Of a stretch of 64,000 bases of DNA, positions 1 to 9,838 are shown piece after piece. Numbering within the stretch: the stretch's first letter is position 1; each line of letters starts with the position of its first letter. The notes below the pieces were generated by a model. The model did no database searches. It saw only the letters and a list, made by a program, of their open reading frames with translations, and was not told the origin of the DNA. Source of the stretch: a virus (Duplodnaviria; Caudoviricetes); IMG/VR virus record IMGVR_UViG_3300027813_000007, positions 35,701 through 99,700 of that record; one strand, 5' to 3'. A program made the position numbers and the translations under genes.

Positions 1-10
1 TGACAACGTA

Positions 11-448
11 ATGGGTAAAGGATTTTCAGTAGAGCAATCAGTTAATGGTAAAATGTGTAAATTCATGGTAAGTGATAACGGTTTTGATTCTGAAACTGAA
101 TATGAATACAGAGCGATTATTAAGTGTGTTGCTGGGTTTTTAACAATTTCAGAGAATAAAGGTAAACTTTCACAGATTGCTACTCAATGGAAAAAGAATT
201 CACTACACACACTTGAAGTTAAAAATCAATACGGTAACTACCAAATAGTATTGGCTATGAAAGGTGGTAAATTCTATATAATGGATAAAGCTATCGTTGA
301 GACTTTGACTGTTGGTGATATACACTCAACTTTCCCTAAAATGGCTGACCATAATCACTGGAAAGCTATCGGTTCTAAAACATGGGCTGACCCAGCTTAC
401 GGAGAGTTAAAGGATTCTTTTAAAAACTTAACTTTTGAAATGGTTTAA
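11..448 (+). CDS. hypothetical protein (may extend beyond the window's 5' edge)
   Basis: 145-aa ORF followed by a terminator; no recognisable motif. Confidence 0.6.
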   Translation: MGKGFSVEQSVNGKMCKFMVSDNGFDSETEYEYRAIIKCVAGFLTISENKGKLSQIATQWKKNSLHTLEVKNQYGNYQIVLAMKGGKFYIMDKAIVETLTVGDIHSTFPKMADHNHWKAIGSKTWADPAYGELKDSFKNLTFEMV

Positions 449-453
449 CCCAT

Positions 454-481
454 AAAAAAACCCACCGATTGGTGGGTTTTT
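454..481. terminator. bidirectional intrinsic terminator
   Basis: A7-CCCACC-GATT-GGTGGG-T5 between convergent ORFs. Confidence 0.85.
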
Positions 482-500
482 AATTTATATTTATATAGGT

Positions 501-1346
501 TTAGAAGTCCATGTTGTCGTATGGGTCTAACAAACTTCTTTGTTTAAATCCAACACCACCAACATAGGTTTCTTGATTTTTAATTTGGCCTCTGTAAAAC
601 TCTAACATTTTTTTAGCGACTGCTCTATCATATTCCTTATCATCCGTCTCAGGAACCATATCATCAACATAGATAGACCCTCTAAACCTTCTTAATGGTC
701 CTTTATGGTCGTAAATGTCATTAATGTCTGAATAGTCCATATTGAAGTCAAAATCATCTACAGGGTATTTAATAAACTCTTCATCTTCATCTTCATCTTC
801 ATCTTCAATCTGTTCACTCACTAAATTGTCTGACATAAAAAAATCAACAAATGGTTGACGTTCATCATCCATCTTACTTATGTAGTCTTCAGTCTCTCTA
901 TATGGTTGAAGTAATTCAGGGTTTTCACAATGAAAATCAACATGAGCGGCATAATCTTCCATAGTTACTATACCATCACTATCTAAATCAAAGTGTGTGT
1001 ATAGTTCATTAGGACTTATTATTCCATCATTATTTTCATCCGCCGAATCCTCATTAATTGATTCAGTTTCATCATCAATAACAATATCGGTCATATACTC
1101 CAACATTTTAGGACCATAGATATCTAATAGTCTATTAATAACAATTTTCGGGTTTTTTCTCATGTACCTTACGATATCCGCAGGTACTTCACCACTATAT
1201 TTACCAAACACATTTTCTAGTTCAGCCTCTCGTGGAGTCTTATTTATTTTAGGTTCGACACTAAAATCTTGTTCAATAAGTTTTTTTTCTACGGCTTTTT
1301 GTATTATCTTTGTAAGCTCAGTTTCAGAAACGACAAGTTTTTTCAT
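501..1346 (-). CDS. acidic protein with paired EF-hand-like loops and N-terminal 'VSETEL..II...VE' leader; putative virion internal protein
   Basis: DENNDGIISPNEL and DLDSDGIVTMEDY loops; TATTTATA upstream on the minus strand (1364-1377). Confidence 0.65.
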   Translation of the reverse strand: MKKLVVSETELTKIIQKAVEKKLIEQDFSVEPKINKTPREAELENVFGKYSGEVPADIVRYMRKNPKIVINRLLDIYGPKMLEYMTDIVIDDETESINEDSADENNDGIISPNELYTHFDLDSDGIVTMEDYAAHVDFHCENPELLQPYRETEDYISKMDDERQPFVDFFMSDNLVSEQIEDEDEDEDEEFIKYPVDDFDFNMDYSDINDIYDHKGPLRRFRGSIYVDDMVPETDDKEYDRAVAKKMLEFYRGQIKNQETYVGGVGFKQRSLLDPYDNMDF

Positions 1347-1397
1347 AATAATTTGTTTTTTCTTATAAATATAAATAGAATTAAAAAAAAGTCTAAT

Positions 1398-1994
1398 ATG
1401 AAAGAAAAGTCTAAATCTTATTTGTTGTTTATTTTCGCCGAGTTCGAGGAGGGGTCAACAATACTAAAAGATATCCCATTACAATTAACTCCAATAAGTT
1501 CATCAAAATACCTTAAATATAACTACACCGATACTAATGTGGTGTGTAATTTTGAGTCAACACAACCGTTTAACGACTTAAGAGAGTTTATTGACAGTAC
1601 TATCGGATTAATTGTTGACCAGTGGTATTTATTAGAGCATCCTGATAATATGGCTGTACATATTGATGATTCTTTAAAGTTAAATTTATTTGATTTAGAG
1701 TCAGAAAATAAAATCTATGAAAAATTGTTTAATAAACAAGATGATGATGAGATGTTGAAAATTATGGACTATTTTTTAGTTCACACTATGAAAAATTTAG
1801 ATAAAGATGGTCTAAATCCCATTTATTTTGAGGATGAAGATGAAGATTCTTTAATAAAACAACTTAAATTAAAAAAAAGCAGTACCTTTGTAAGACCAAC
1901 GTTAAACCAATTACTTGAAAAAGTTAAAGAAAACGGTGTAGAGAAATTAACTAAATATGAAAAACAAATATTAGACGAATATGCGAGAAATTAA
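1398..1994 (+). CDS. hypothetical protein with C-terminal DUF6576-like helical motif
   Basis: ATG at 1398 preferred over the track start; C-terminus TLNQLLEKVKENGVEKLTKYEKQILDEY resembles the 'LDxILDKI..G..SLT..EK' motif. Confidence 0.55.
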   Translation: MKEKSKSYLLFIFAEFEEGSTILKDIPLQLTPISSSKYLKYNYTDTNVVCNFESTQPFNDLREFIDSTIGLIVDQWYLLEHPDNMAVHIDDSLKLNLFDLESENKIYEKLFNKQDDDEMLKIMDYFLVHTMKNLDKDGLNPIYFEDEDEDSLIKQLKLKKSSTFVRPTLNQLLEKVKENGVEKLTKYEKQILDEYARN

Positions 1995-2790
1995 ACAAAA
2001 CAACAGTATGTATACATTAAATCAAGATGATATTCAGATGTATCTAAAGGACCTTAGAAAGATTGACGTTATGACTCCTGACAGGGAAAGAGAATTATCT
2101 AACATTATGTGTTCTGATGATTGTACCGAGGAACAAACAAAAAAAATACATAAAGAACTTTTAGAGGGTAATCTTAGATTTGTTATTACAGTAGCAAAAC
2201 AATATCAAAATCAAGGGTTAGATATGGCTGATTTAATTGCTGAAGGAAACTTAGGGTTGATGAAAGCAATAAAAAACTTCGATTGGACTAAAAAACTTAG
2301 ATTTATCTCTTACGCCGTTTGGTGGGTTAAACAATCAATACTACAATCCCTCAACGAAAACTCAAGAACTATTCGATTACCAGTTAATGTTGTGCAGGAC
2401 TTACATAAAGCTAAGAAATTGGCTCAGAAAACTAATACAGAGTTGGATTCAAAATTTACTAGTTTACCAAAAACAACTTCGGTTGACAACTATATTAATG
2501 ACGAGGGAGACACTCTAATCGATTTAATTGAGAATAAGGACTCCGTACAACCCGATGAAGGGTTTAATAGTGCAGATGAGCTTAAAAACAGGTTGTTGGG
2601 TATAATGTCAGTTCTTGATGACCGTGAAAGGAATATAGTTGAAGAATATTACGGTTTGACAGGAACACCAAGAACTCTTGAAGATATTGGAGGAGATTTT
2701 AGTTTAACCAAAGAAAGGGTAAGACAAATAAAAGAAAAGGCATTACGTAAATTACGTAACGAAAGCTCTACTTTATTTGACTATTTATAG
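1981..2790 (+). CDS. RNA polymerase sigma70 factor (Bacteroidota primary-sigma-like, lacks region 1.1)
   Basis: NLRFVITVAKQYQNQG, DLIAEGNLGLMKA, RFISYAVWW, SRTIRLP; region 4 TLEDIG..LTKERVRQIKEKALRKLR. Confidence 0.92.
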   Translation: MREIKQNNSMYTLNQDDIQMYLKDLRKIDVMTPDRERELSNIMCSDDCTEEQTKKIHKELLEGNLRFVITVAKQYQNQGLDMADLIAEGNLGLMKAIKNFDWTKKLRFISYAVWWVKQSILQSLNENSRTIRLPVNVVQDLHKAKKLAQKTNTELDSKFTSLPKTTSVDNYINDEGDTLIDLIENKDSVQPDEGFNSADELKNRLLGIMSVLDDRERNIVEEYYGLTGTPRTLEDIGGDFSLTKERVRQIKEKALRKLRNESSTLFDYL

Positions 2791-2826
2791 GATATTTAAC
2801 TATTTATAGTTAACAAAAATAACTTT

Positions 2827-4014
2827 ATGGGTATTTTAAAAGAAATTAAAAAACATATTTTCCCGACCATAGTCGCACTATCAGCGTTATCTGTGAGTAT
2901 CTCTGCGGCTTTTTATTCGGTCTCAGGACTTAGTAAACTATTTGCTGGTGCAACATACGAGGTCATAGTAATGGCTTCATCATTAGAGGTAGCTAAGTTA
3001 GTTATTGCTTCGTTACTATATCAATATTGGAATAAGATTAATAGATTATTAAGGGTATACTTAACTTTAGCTACAATAATTTTAGTTCTTATTACATCCG
3101 CGGGAATATACGGGTTCTTATCCGCAGCATATCAGGAGACGGCCACGAAATCAGGTATAGTCGATAAAAAAGTTGAGGTAATGGAACTTAGAAAAAATAG
3201 GTTTACTGAAAATAGAGATTATTTAATCACCGAAAAAGAAGTGTTAGATAATAGTATTTCATCTCTTAGAAATGGTCTATCTAACAATGTTATACAATAT
3301 AAAGATAGAGAGTCAGGTGAAATAATAACGACTACCTCATCAAGTACTCGAAAGGCGTTACAAAAAGAATTAAATAGTGCGGTATCACAAAGAGAAAAAC
3401 TGTCGGTAAAGTTAGAAACCGCGACAGACTCGATTAATAGTATTGATATTAAGATTTTAAATACTGAAAGCACTGCTGAAATATCAAGTGAGTTAGGTCC
3501 ATTAAAATATTTAAGTGAATTAACAGATAAACCGATGAATAAGATAATTAATATATTACTATTAGTTATTATATTCGTATTTGACCCGTTAGCGATTTCT
3601 TTAGTTATTGCCGCTAACTTTGCCTTCAACCAAATAAAAAATAAGGATGAAGAGAAAGAAAAGGATATTACAAGAACATCACTTGACATATCTAAAGAGG
3701 CGGGTAAAATCGAAAAAAAGTTAGTTAGTAAGGAACCTAAACCCTTAGAAGTTTCGGATGAGTTATTAAATAAACTACAGACTCAATTGGATAAAATAGG
3801 TGAGGAATCCTCTAAAAAACAAAAAATAGTTACACCAACTGATGATTTATTAAAAAATATTGATAAACTATCAGAAGTGATTGATTTAGAAAGTGACGTA
3901 GAAAAACAATCAGAGAATAAAGAACATAATAAAGTCACTCCACAACAAAATAAACGTGTTCTAACATATAGAAGGAGAGATGGAGGTAGAAATACAGAAA
4001 CAGATAGGGCTTAA
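2827..4014 (+). CDS. multi-pass membrane protein with long coiled coil
   Basis: three N-terminal hydrophobic helices, heptad-rich middle, C-terminal TM segment ILLLVIIFVFDPLAISL. Confidence 0.7.
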   Translation: MGILKEIKKHIFPTIVALSALSVSISAAFYSVSGLSKLFAGATYEVIVMASSLEVAKLVIASLLYQYWNKINRLLRVYLTLATIILVLITSAGIYGFLSAAYQETATKSGIVDKKVEVMELRKNRFTENRDYLITEKEVLDNSISSLRNGLSNNVIQYKDRESGEIITTTSSSTRKALQKELNSAVSQREKLSVKLETATDSINSIDIKILNTESTAEISSELGPLKYLSELTDKPMNKIINILLLVIIFVFDPLAISLVIAANFAFNQIKNKDEEKEKDITRTSLDISKEAGKIEKKLVSKEPKPLEVSDELLNKLQTQLDKIGEESSKKQKIVTPTDDLLKNIDKLSEVIDLESDVEKQSENKEHNKVTPQQNKRVLTYRRRDGGRNTETDRA

Positions 4015-4585
4015 ACCTATAGGTAATTATAAAAGAAAAAAACAGATACTGTTAACTAATACAGGTCGTCACCAAAAAGACTATATCAACGGTCTTAGAT
4101 ATCGAATGGGTGGTAAATATGATAAGTTACCTCATTATGTGATTTCAAGAGAGGGTGTTATACACCAAATTATACCCCCAGAAACATATAGTAATTATAT
4201 GGATATTAAAACATATAATAAATCTACAATAGTAATTTCATTAGAAAATTTGGGTTGGTTACGTAAAAACCCACTAGTCGGGGGATATATTAACTGGATT
4301 GGTAATATTTATAAAGATAGAATATATGAGAGGAAGTGGAGAGGTTACTTTTTTTGGCAACCATACACTGAAAAACAGATAGAGAGTTTATCCAAATTGA
4401 TTAATAAACTATGTGTTGACTTTAGTATACCTACGACCTTTATTGGTCATAATGTTAAAGTGGATAAAATTGAAAAGTTTCATGGAATTGCGTCATATAG
4501 TAATTACAATAAAGACAGAACCGATTTAAACCCATCTTTTAATTTTGAAGAATTTATAAAAATAGTAGAAAATGAACACATATGA
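3980..4585 (+). CDS. N-acetylmuramoyl-L-alanine amidase (Amidase_2) fold protein, Zn ligands apparently degenerate
   Basis: PHYVISREGVIHQ, STIVISLEN, YTEKQIESL..LI..L; expected HHT and GH motifs read TNT and SYS. Confidence 0.7.
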   Translation: MEVEIQKQIGLKPIGNYKRKKQILLTNTGRHQKDYINGLRYRMGGKYDKLPHYVISREGVIHQIIPPETYSNYMDIKTYNKSTIVISLENLGWLRKNPLVGGYINWIGNIYKDRIYERKWRGYFFWQPYTEKQIESLSKLINKLCVDFSIPTTFIGHNVKVDKIEKFHGIASYSNYNKDRTDLNPSFNFEEFIKIVENEHI

Positions 4586-5153
4586 TGAATTAAAAACCCT
4601 ATTAGAGGCATCTAGAACGATGTTAGGTAAGAATAATCTTAGTGAGTCAAGAGACGTATTAAGAAAGAGTGGTATAATCAAGGAACAGGAAGAGGAAGAT
4701 GGACCAACAAATATTGATGTTGATTCTGAGCAAGAAATAGAAATTGAAACTACGCCGGATGAAGACAAACAAAAACCATATAGAGTTTCTGGTGGTCTAA
4801 TTACTTTACATGGTAAAACAAAACAAGAGTTAGAGTTAACTACAGATGAGAAGACATCTTTTCAAGAAACTATGGATGAGTTTGTTAATGAAGTTTCAGA
4901 TTTATCAGATTTTGGAACATTAAATCTATATCCTAATAATGTTGATTGGTCAGGTAAAGTTATTGACTATGATGTTGAATTTTACTTCTCGATAGGTGAA
5001 AATAATGGAGTTTATATTAATGGTGATATGATTAAGTTAGACGATGGTTTAGTTGAATTAGTAAATAAATTAACATCTTTTTACGATAAGTTTAAAGCGA
5101 GATGGGCTAAAGTTTTATCACAAAGAAAGAAAACTAAAAATATTGATGGGTAA
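4572..5153 (+). CDS. hypothetical acidic phage protein
   Basis: 193-aa ORF overlapping its neighbours; several L/I-x-E sites in the N-terminus. Confidence 0.65.
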   Translation: MNTYDELKTLLEASRTMLGKNNLSESRDVLRKSGIIKEQEEEDGPTNIDVDSEQEIEIETTPDEDKQKPYRVSGGLITLHGKTKQELELTTDEKTSFQETMDEFVNEVSDLSDFGTLNLYPNNVDWSGKVIDYDVEFYFSIGENNGVYINGDMIKLDDGLVELVNKLTSFYDKFKARWAKVLSQRKKTKNIDG

Positions 5154-6046
5154 TGGTATTTGGAACTATTTTAAGTAGTATTAATGGAGTTATCGGCTTT
5201 ATTAAAAATAATCCTAAATTTTTCTTAGGTGTTATTTTTGCGTTAATGGTGGTTTTATTATTTAAACAATGTGATAAGGTTAAAAACTTAAAATATGAAA
5301 TAAAAGTTAAAGAAGTTGAGTATGGTAACGAAAAAAATAGATTCTTTAACAATATTCAAACTTTAAAAGACTCAGTAGAATTTGTTGAGGGAGATAACCT
5401 TTATATTAAGTCATTATTAAGAGTTAAAGAAGATGAGTTATCGGTAATGGATAACCAGTTAGAAAGCGCTAGAATCAATATAAAAGTATTAGCTAATAAG
5501 TTAGATGATAAATCTGAAGTAAAAAATATTTATATTACTGAAATTAGTTCTGAGTTAACAACTAATGATGTAATGACTAATATTAAAAAAGATAGTTTAG
5601 GTAACTTATCTTTAGGTATAAGAGATACGAATCAGATTTATAGTATTGAAACCGAAAGTTGGTTTAAACTAACCCCATATAACGATTCATTAAGGATTGA
5701 GTTAGTTGATAAGTTTGGATTAGATAAATCCTCACAATTAAAACACAAATTAAATTTTTCTTTAACATTATCTCAAATCGAAATGAGTGATGGGTTAACG
5801 AGAGTAATCGTTCAACCAACAGATAAGTACGGACAAATAATTCCACCAAACATATTACAAATACCATTTGTTAATGGTGTGGAGTTTATGGATGTAAAGC
5901 CAAATATAATCCCACCACCACCACCGATTAAAAAAAGACGAGGTTTTGGGATGTTAATTGGTCCCTCATATGGGTTATATAATATAAACGGCACATTCCA
6001 ACCAACATGGGGAATAGGTATAAGTGTTGGTTATAAGATTTTTTAA
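5153..6046 (+). CDS. membrane-anchored coiled-coil protein with C-terminal beta-strands ending in Phe
   Basis: TM segment FFLGVIFALMVVLLF, coiled coil, poly-Pro, C-terminus GIGISVGYKIF. Confidence 0.65.
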   Translation: MVFGTILSSINGVIGFIKNNPKFFLGVIFALMVVLLFKQCDKVKNLKYEIKVKEVEYGNEKNRFFNNIQTLKDSVEFVEGDNLYIKSLLRVKEDELSVMDNQLESARINIKVLANKLDDKSEVKNIYITEISSELTTNDVMTNIKKDSLGNLSLGIRDTNQIYSIETESWFKLTPYNDSLRIELVDKFGLDKSSQLKHKLNFSLTLSQIEMSDGLTRVIVQPTDKYGQIIPPNILQIPFVNGVEFMDVKPNIIPPPPPIKKRRGFGMLIGPSYGLYNINGTFQPTWGIGISVGYKIF

Positions 6047-6057
6047 TATTTATTAAT

Positions 6058-6306
6058 ATGGCATTAACACACGCAGACAAAAACGACATTGAAGTGATGA
6101 TTAGGAAAGAGATAAAAGACTTTCTTGGTTCTACCACTATAAATCAATTTGAGAAAAAAATTGTAGATAAGATACAAGATGAAATACGTAGGGGAAAAAT
6201 TACTAAAGATGTTAGTGAAATCGTAGCTAAGGTCATGAAGGAATTTTATAAAATTATGTGGACAAGAAGAAGTTTTTGGGAACCAACTTTAAAAAACGTT
6301 AAATAA
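6058..6306 (+). CDS. hypothetical protein
   Basis: 82-aa ORF; TATTTAT immediately upstream. Confidence 0.65.
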   Translation: MALTHADKNDIEVMIRKEIKDFLGSTTINQFEKKIVDKIQDEIRRGKITKDVSEIVAKVMKEFYKIMWTRRSFWEPTLKNVK

Positions 6307-7211
6307 TGGAAAATATATCGAATCAAATAAAAAAAGCCATCGGTAAGGAAATGAATTCTGCGATGGCTAATAATTTTACTAAACATGGTGATAGTGATAG
6401 TGTTAGTAAGTTCACGACCAGTAGTAATAATCTTAAGAAAGAAGTTCAAGAAGACGGAGAAAAAGGATGGTCACCTCAAGTAGGTAAAACTGAAGGATTA
6501 AGTTCTAAAACATTAACTAAGATATTAACCAAAATAGCTAAAGATTTAGACGATGAAGTAGAAGTTTCAAAGGAAGAAACTAAAGAGGCTACAGGAGCAT
6601 CATCTGCTGGTGCATATGTTGGTCCTTTATTTGGTAAGATTAAGAAAAGAAAAATAAAAGAGGATAAGATTAAAGGTGGTTTAGCTAATAACATGACTTT
6701 AGATGACTTAGCAAAACATCATGAAGTAGAGATTGATGAAATTATTAACGCTATGGAAAAAGGTGTTAATACTGAATTTGAACATACTACTGAAATGATG
6801 GTAGCATTTGAAATTGCTATGGACCATATATATGAGGACTTAAACTACTATAATAAGTTAGAAAAGATTGAATCTAAAGAAGCCACAACTTCTTCATCTG
6901 CCGGAGCATACGATGTACCATTCGGAGCACCAAAAAGAGACCCATTAAAACTTGATACCCCAAAAAATGTATACTCAAAATTAAGGTCGGTAACAGATAA
7001 GAACTTTCCAAAATTAGGTGGACCAGGTAGTAAATACGTTAAAATTAAAGACAAATGTAAAAAGTTCCCTTACTGTAATCAAGGGGATATAAACGCTTTG
7101 GAATTCTTTGAAAATAATATTGTAAAAGAAGCCATAAAACAAGTATCACGAAAATATAAGTTAGACAGTTCCTTTATTAAGGGTGTTATAATAGAAAAGT
7201 TAAATAAATAA
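6306..7211 (+). CDS. putative virion internal protein with repeated E-A-T-x-x-S-S-A-G-A-Y motif
   Basis: two copies of the motif; GVNTEFEHT..IAMDHI.E..YY.KL segment (DUF5661-like); CKKFPYC. Confidence 0.6.
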   Translation: MENISNQIKKAIGKEMNSAMANNFTKHGDSDSVSKFTTSSNNLKKEVQEDGEKGWSPQVGKTEGLSSKTLTKILTKIAKDLDDEVEVSKEETKEATGASSAGAYVGPLFGKIKKRKIKEDKIKGGLANNMTLDDLAKHHEVEIDEIINAMEKGVNTEFEHTTEMMVAFEIAMDHIYEDLNYYNKLEKIESKEATTSSSAGAYDVPFGAPKRDPLKLDTPKNVYSKLRSVTDKNFPKLGGPGSKYVKIKDKCKKFPYCNQGDINALEFFENNIVKEAIKQVSRKYKLDSSFIKGVIIEKLNK

Positions 7212-7248
7212 TTGATACTTACTATATATTTATAATAAAAATACAGAC

Positions 7249-8382
7249 ATGAAAGATATTGAAAATATGATTGAAAACTTAGTAGAGAGAGTTCTACATG
7301 AGGAAGTCAATAAAAAAGTTAAAACTATAACTGAAACCGTTTCAGGTGAGATTGATGAAATGGAAGAGTATTATGAGGTAGCCAAAAATCGTAAAAACGA
7401 CAGAGTGGTTAAAAAAGAAGAATCTAATGAGGATATGGGTAAAGCACCGGAAATAGGGACTGAAGACGATAGAGTTATTGGTACGAAAGATGTAAGTGAA
7501 GAAACCTGTGGAGAATGCGGTAAAGAAATATGTGAATGTGGTACTATGGAAGAAGAAGTTAAACCTGATTTCTTAGATTTAGATGGTGATGGTAATAAAA
7601 AAGAATCTATGAAAAGCGCTGCTAAATCAAAGAAAAAGAAAGAATCTAAAGAACAAACTACATCAGGTTCATCAGGAGGATTCAGTGCACCTTTAGGTTG
7701 GAATGAAAATACTAAGAAAAAACATACATTAAAACTTAGCGAAGATGAGATGATTGAATTAATTGAGAGAATTGTGAAAGAGCAAAAAATCTCAGGTGTT
7801 TTAGGACAAAATAATGCGATGAAGACATCTAAAAAAGATAATGAGGACTACATCAAGTTGGTAACTAAAAAAATGAAAGCGTATCTGAAAGACGCAGATG
7901 AAGGGGAGTATGTTGCTAACCCTGAGAAATTCCCAACAGGTAATGGTGATAGAAAAGACGATAAGATGATGTATACTGCATCTGACGGTGTTGAAGAGTA
8001 TATTGACCAAATTGCACGTTCAGGTGGTATGGAAAACTTAGACTACGACCAAATTAAACCAGATGAGGAATGGTTAGACATGAATATTTTAGGTTCTTCA
8101 GAAACAGGTAATAACCCGGAATGGGCTAATGCTGTTAAGACCGATACCGGTGAGAAAGTTAAAGACAGAATGGATAAAAACATTTTAGCTAAACTTAAAA
8201 AACAATCCTACAATAAAGCACCTCAACCAGTGACTGACTATTCAGGAAAGAAAAGACACGCTGATTCGATGGCGGGTATTGAAGTCTCAGAATCAGTTAA
8301 CACTATTAAGGACAAAGTAAGAGTAAATGAGGATATTGATAAGATGAAAAAATTATTTTCACACAATTATAAAACTCAATAA
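7249..8382 (+). CDS. acidic putative virion internal / scaffold-like protein
   Basis: repeated L/I-x-E sites, CGECGKEICEC, KPDFLDLDGDGN loop, TATTTATA upstream. Confidence 0.6.
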   Translation: MKDIENMIENLVERVLHEEVNKKVKTITETVSGEIDEMEEYYEVAKNRKNDRVVKKEESNEDMGKAPEIGTEDDRVIGTKDVSEETCGECGKEICECGTMEEEVKPDFLDLDGDGNKKESMKSAAKSKKKKESKEQTTSGSSGGFSAPLGWNENTKKKHTLKLSEDEMIELIERIVKEQKISGVLGQNNAMKTSKKDNEDYIKLVTKKMKAYLKDADEGEYVANPEKFPTGNGDRKDDKMMYTASDGVEEYIDQIARSGGMENLDYDQIKPDEEWLDMNILGSSETGNNPEWANAVKTDTGEKVKDRMDKNILAKLKKQSYNKAPQPVTDYSGKKRHADSMAGIEVSESVNTIKDKVRVNEDIDKMKKLFSHNYKTQ

Positions 8383-8430
8383 CAAACAATAAAGCGTTTA
8401 TATTTTTTTGGTCCATTCTATATTTTCATT

Positions 8431-8916
8431 ATGAAGAGATATAGAATGGACCAATTTTTTAAATGGTTATCTACACCTATGGATAAGGAAGATATAGATA
8501 CGTGGAATAGAGCAAATAATATTCAACCCGAATATTGTGATTTATTTGAGGATTTTAGTTTCTCATTATATTACTTAGTGAGTAGTACTTATTTAGGTTT
8601 CAGTCATGGTGATAATAACGTAACTAAGATAGGTGTTGGTGATGATGATAAAACTGAACACTTTAAATGGTGTATTAATAAAGTTGTCACTGATTTTAAA
8701 AAAGAAAACATTATTTTTAAATTTAGCGATGACGATTATGACTATTTTGAGTCATTCTATATGGAAGTATATTATGAACAGAGAGATGAGTTAGTTAGGG
8801 GTTCATTAGAGAGTTTCTTACGAGAGTTATTCAATAGAAAGAGAGTTATTACCAAACCAGATATTGAGATGTTTACAGACCTTTATAAGTCACTTGAACG
8901 TTCAATCAAATTATAA
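8431..8916 (+). CDS. hypothetical protein
   Basis: 161-aa ORF with typical codon usage. Confidence 0.65.
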   Translation: MKRYRMDQFFKWLSTPMDKEDIDTWNRANNIQPEYCDLFEDFSFSLYYLVSSTYLGFSHGDNNVTKIGVGDDDKTEHFKWCINKVVTDFKKENIIFKFSDDDYDYFESFYMEVYYEQRDELVRGSLESFLRELFNRKRVITKPDIEMFTDLYKSLERSIKL

Positions 8917-8995
8917 TTTTTCCCTTTTCTATTTACTATGAGCAATATAAAATTAAGTTTTTTAAAAACATAAACTATAATAAGAATTTGAAAAA

Positions 8996-9166
8996 ATGAA
9001 AACATTAGAAACAATCAAAGTATTAGTAGAAGAACTTTCTGTTGACACAACAAAGTTTTACGCTGGTAACAAATCTGCTGGAGTAAGAGCAAGAAAAGGA
9101 GCTCAACAGTTAAAGTCTTTACTGCAAGGTTTAAGAATAGAAATCTTGGAAGAAAAAAATAAGTAA
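8996..9166 (+). CDS. histone H1-like (Hc1-family) small DNA-binding protein; absent from ORF track
   Basis: manual translation MKTLETIKVLVEELSVDTTKFYAGNKSAGVRARKGAQQLKSLLQGLRIEILEEKNK; KF..GNK.AG.RARK signature. Confidence 0.8.
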   Translation: MKTLETIKVLVEELSVDTTKFYAGNKSAGVRARKGAQQLKSLLQGLRIEILEEKNK

Positions 9167-9170
9167 TAAG

Positions 9171-9368
9171 ATGATGGAAATAATAATGACATATTTCGCG
9201 ACATTTATTGCGGTATTTACATCATTATCAATCATAAGAGTTAGTGTAAACTTTATTAAAGCCCTATTATCCAATCCACCCAAAAAGTTTGAGATTGGTA
9301 TAGGTGCTTTAATTTATTACGGACTTTCTCTTTCTTATTTAATAACATTAATAATCGCAAACATATGA
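9171..9368 (+). CDS. small two-TM membrane protein
   Basis: two hydrophobic segments. Confidence 0.55.
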   Translation: MMEIIMTYFATFIAVFTSLSIIRVSVNFIKALLSNPPKKFEIGIGALIYYGLSLSYLITLIIANI

Positions 9369-9838
9369 ATACATATTATAATTTTTTAAGTAAAGTTCAG
9401 AATTATTTAAAAATGGTTAGAGTATTAAATACTCACGTTAGTTACGACTTATTATTTTCAAATAAATGGGTTCTTCCCCGTAATATGGGTAAGGGAATTG
9501 AAGTGGTAAAAAACGGTACTGAGGGTGATAAGATATCCTTATCATTTGTATGTCCAATTAATGAGGGCTCAGTCAATCAAATTGAGGGAGTGATTGATAA
9601 CATAGTTAAATCTAATTTAGAGAGAGAAGAAAAGGACAAATTATTCAGAAATAAAGTTCATGAGTTAAAAGGGATATTCGAGAAAGAAACTTTAGAAGAT
9701 TTAAAAAATCTTAAATTCGATGTTGATGAACTAACTAGTATTATAAATTCAAATGGAAAAGAAAGTGACCAATCAGGAGTTGGAGAAGGAGTTAAATCTA
9801 CTGAGACTGGACAAGAAGAAGTCGGAAAGACAAGTTGA
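9365..9838 (+). CDS. hypothetical protein
   Basis: 157-aa ORF coupled to the upstream gene. Confidence 0.6.
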   Translation: MNTYYNFLSKVQNYLKMVRVLNTHVSYDLLFSNKWVLPRNMGKGIEVVKNGTEGDKISLSFVCPINEGSVNQIEGVIDNIVKSNLEREEKDKLFRNKVHELKGIFEKETLEDLKNLKFDVDELTSIINSNGKESDQSGVGEGVKSTETGQEEVGKTS

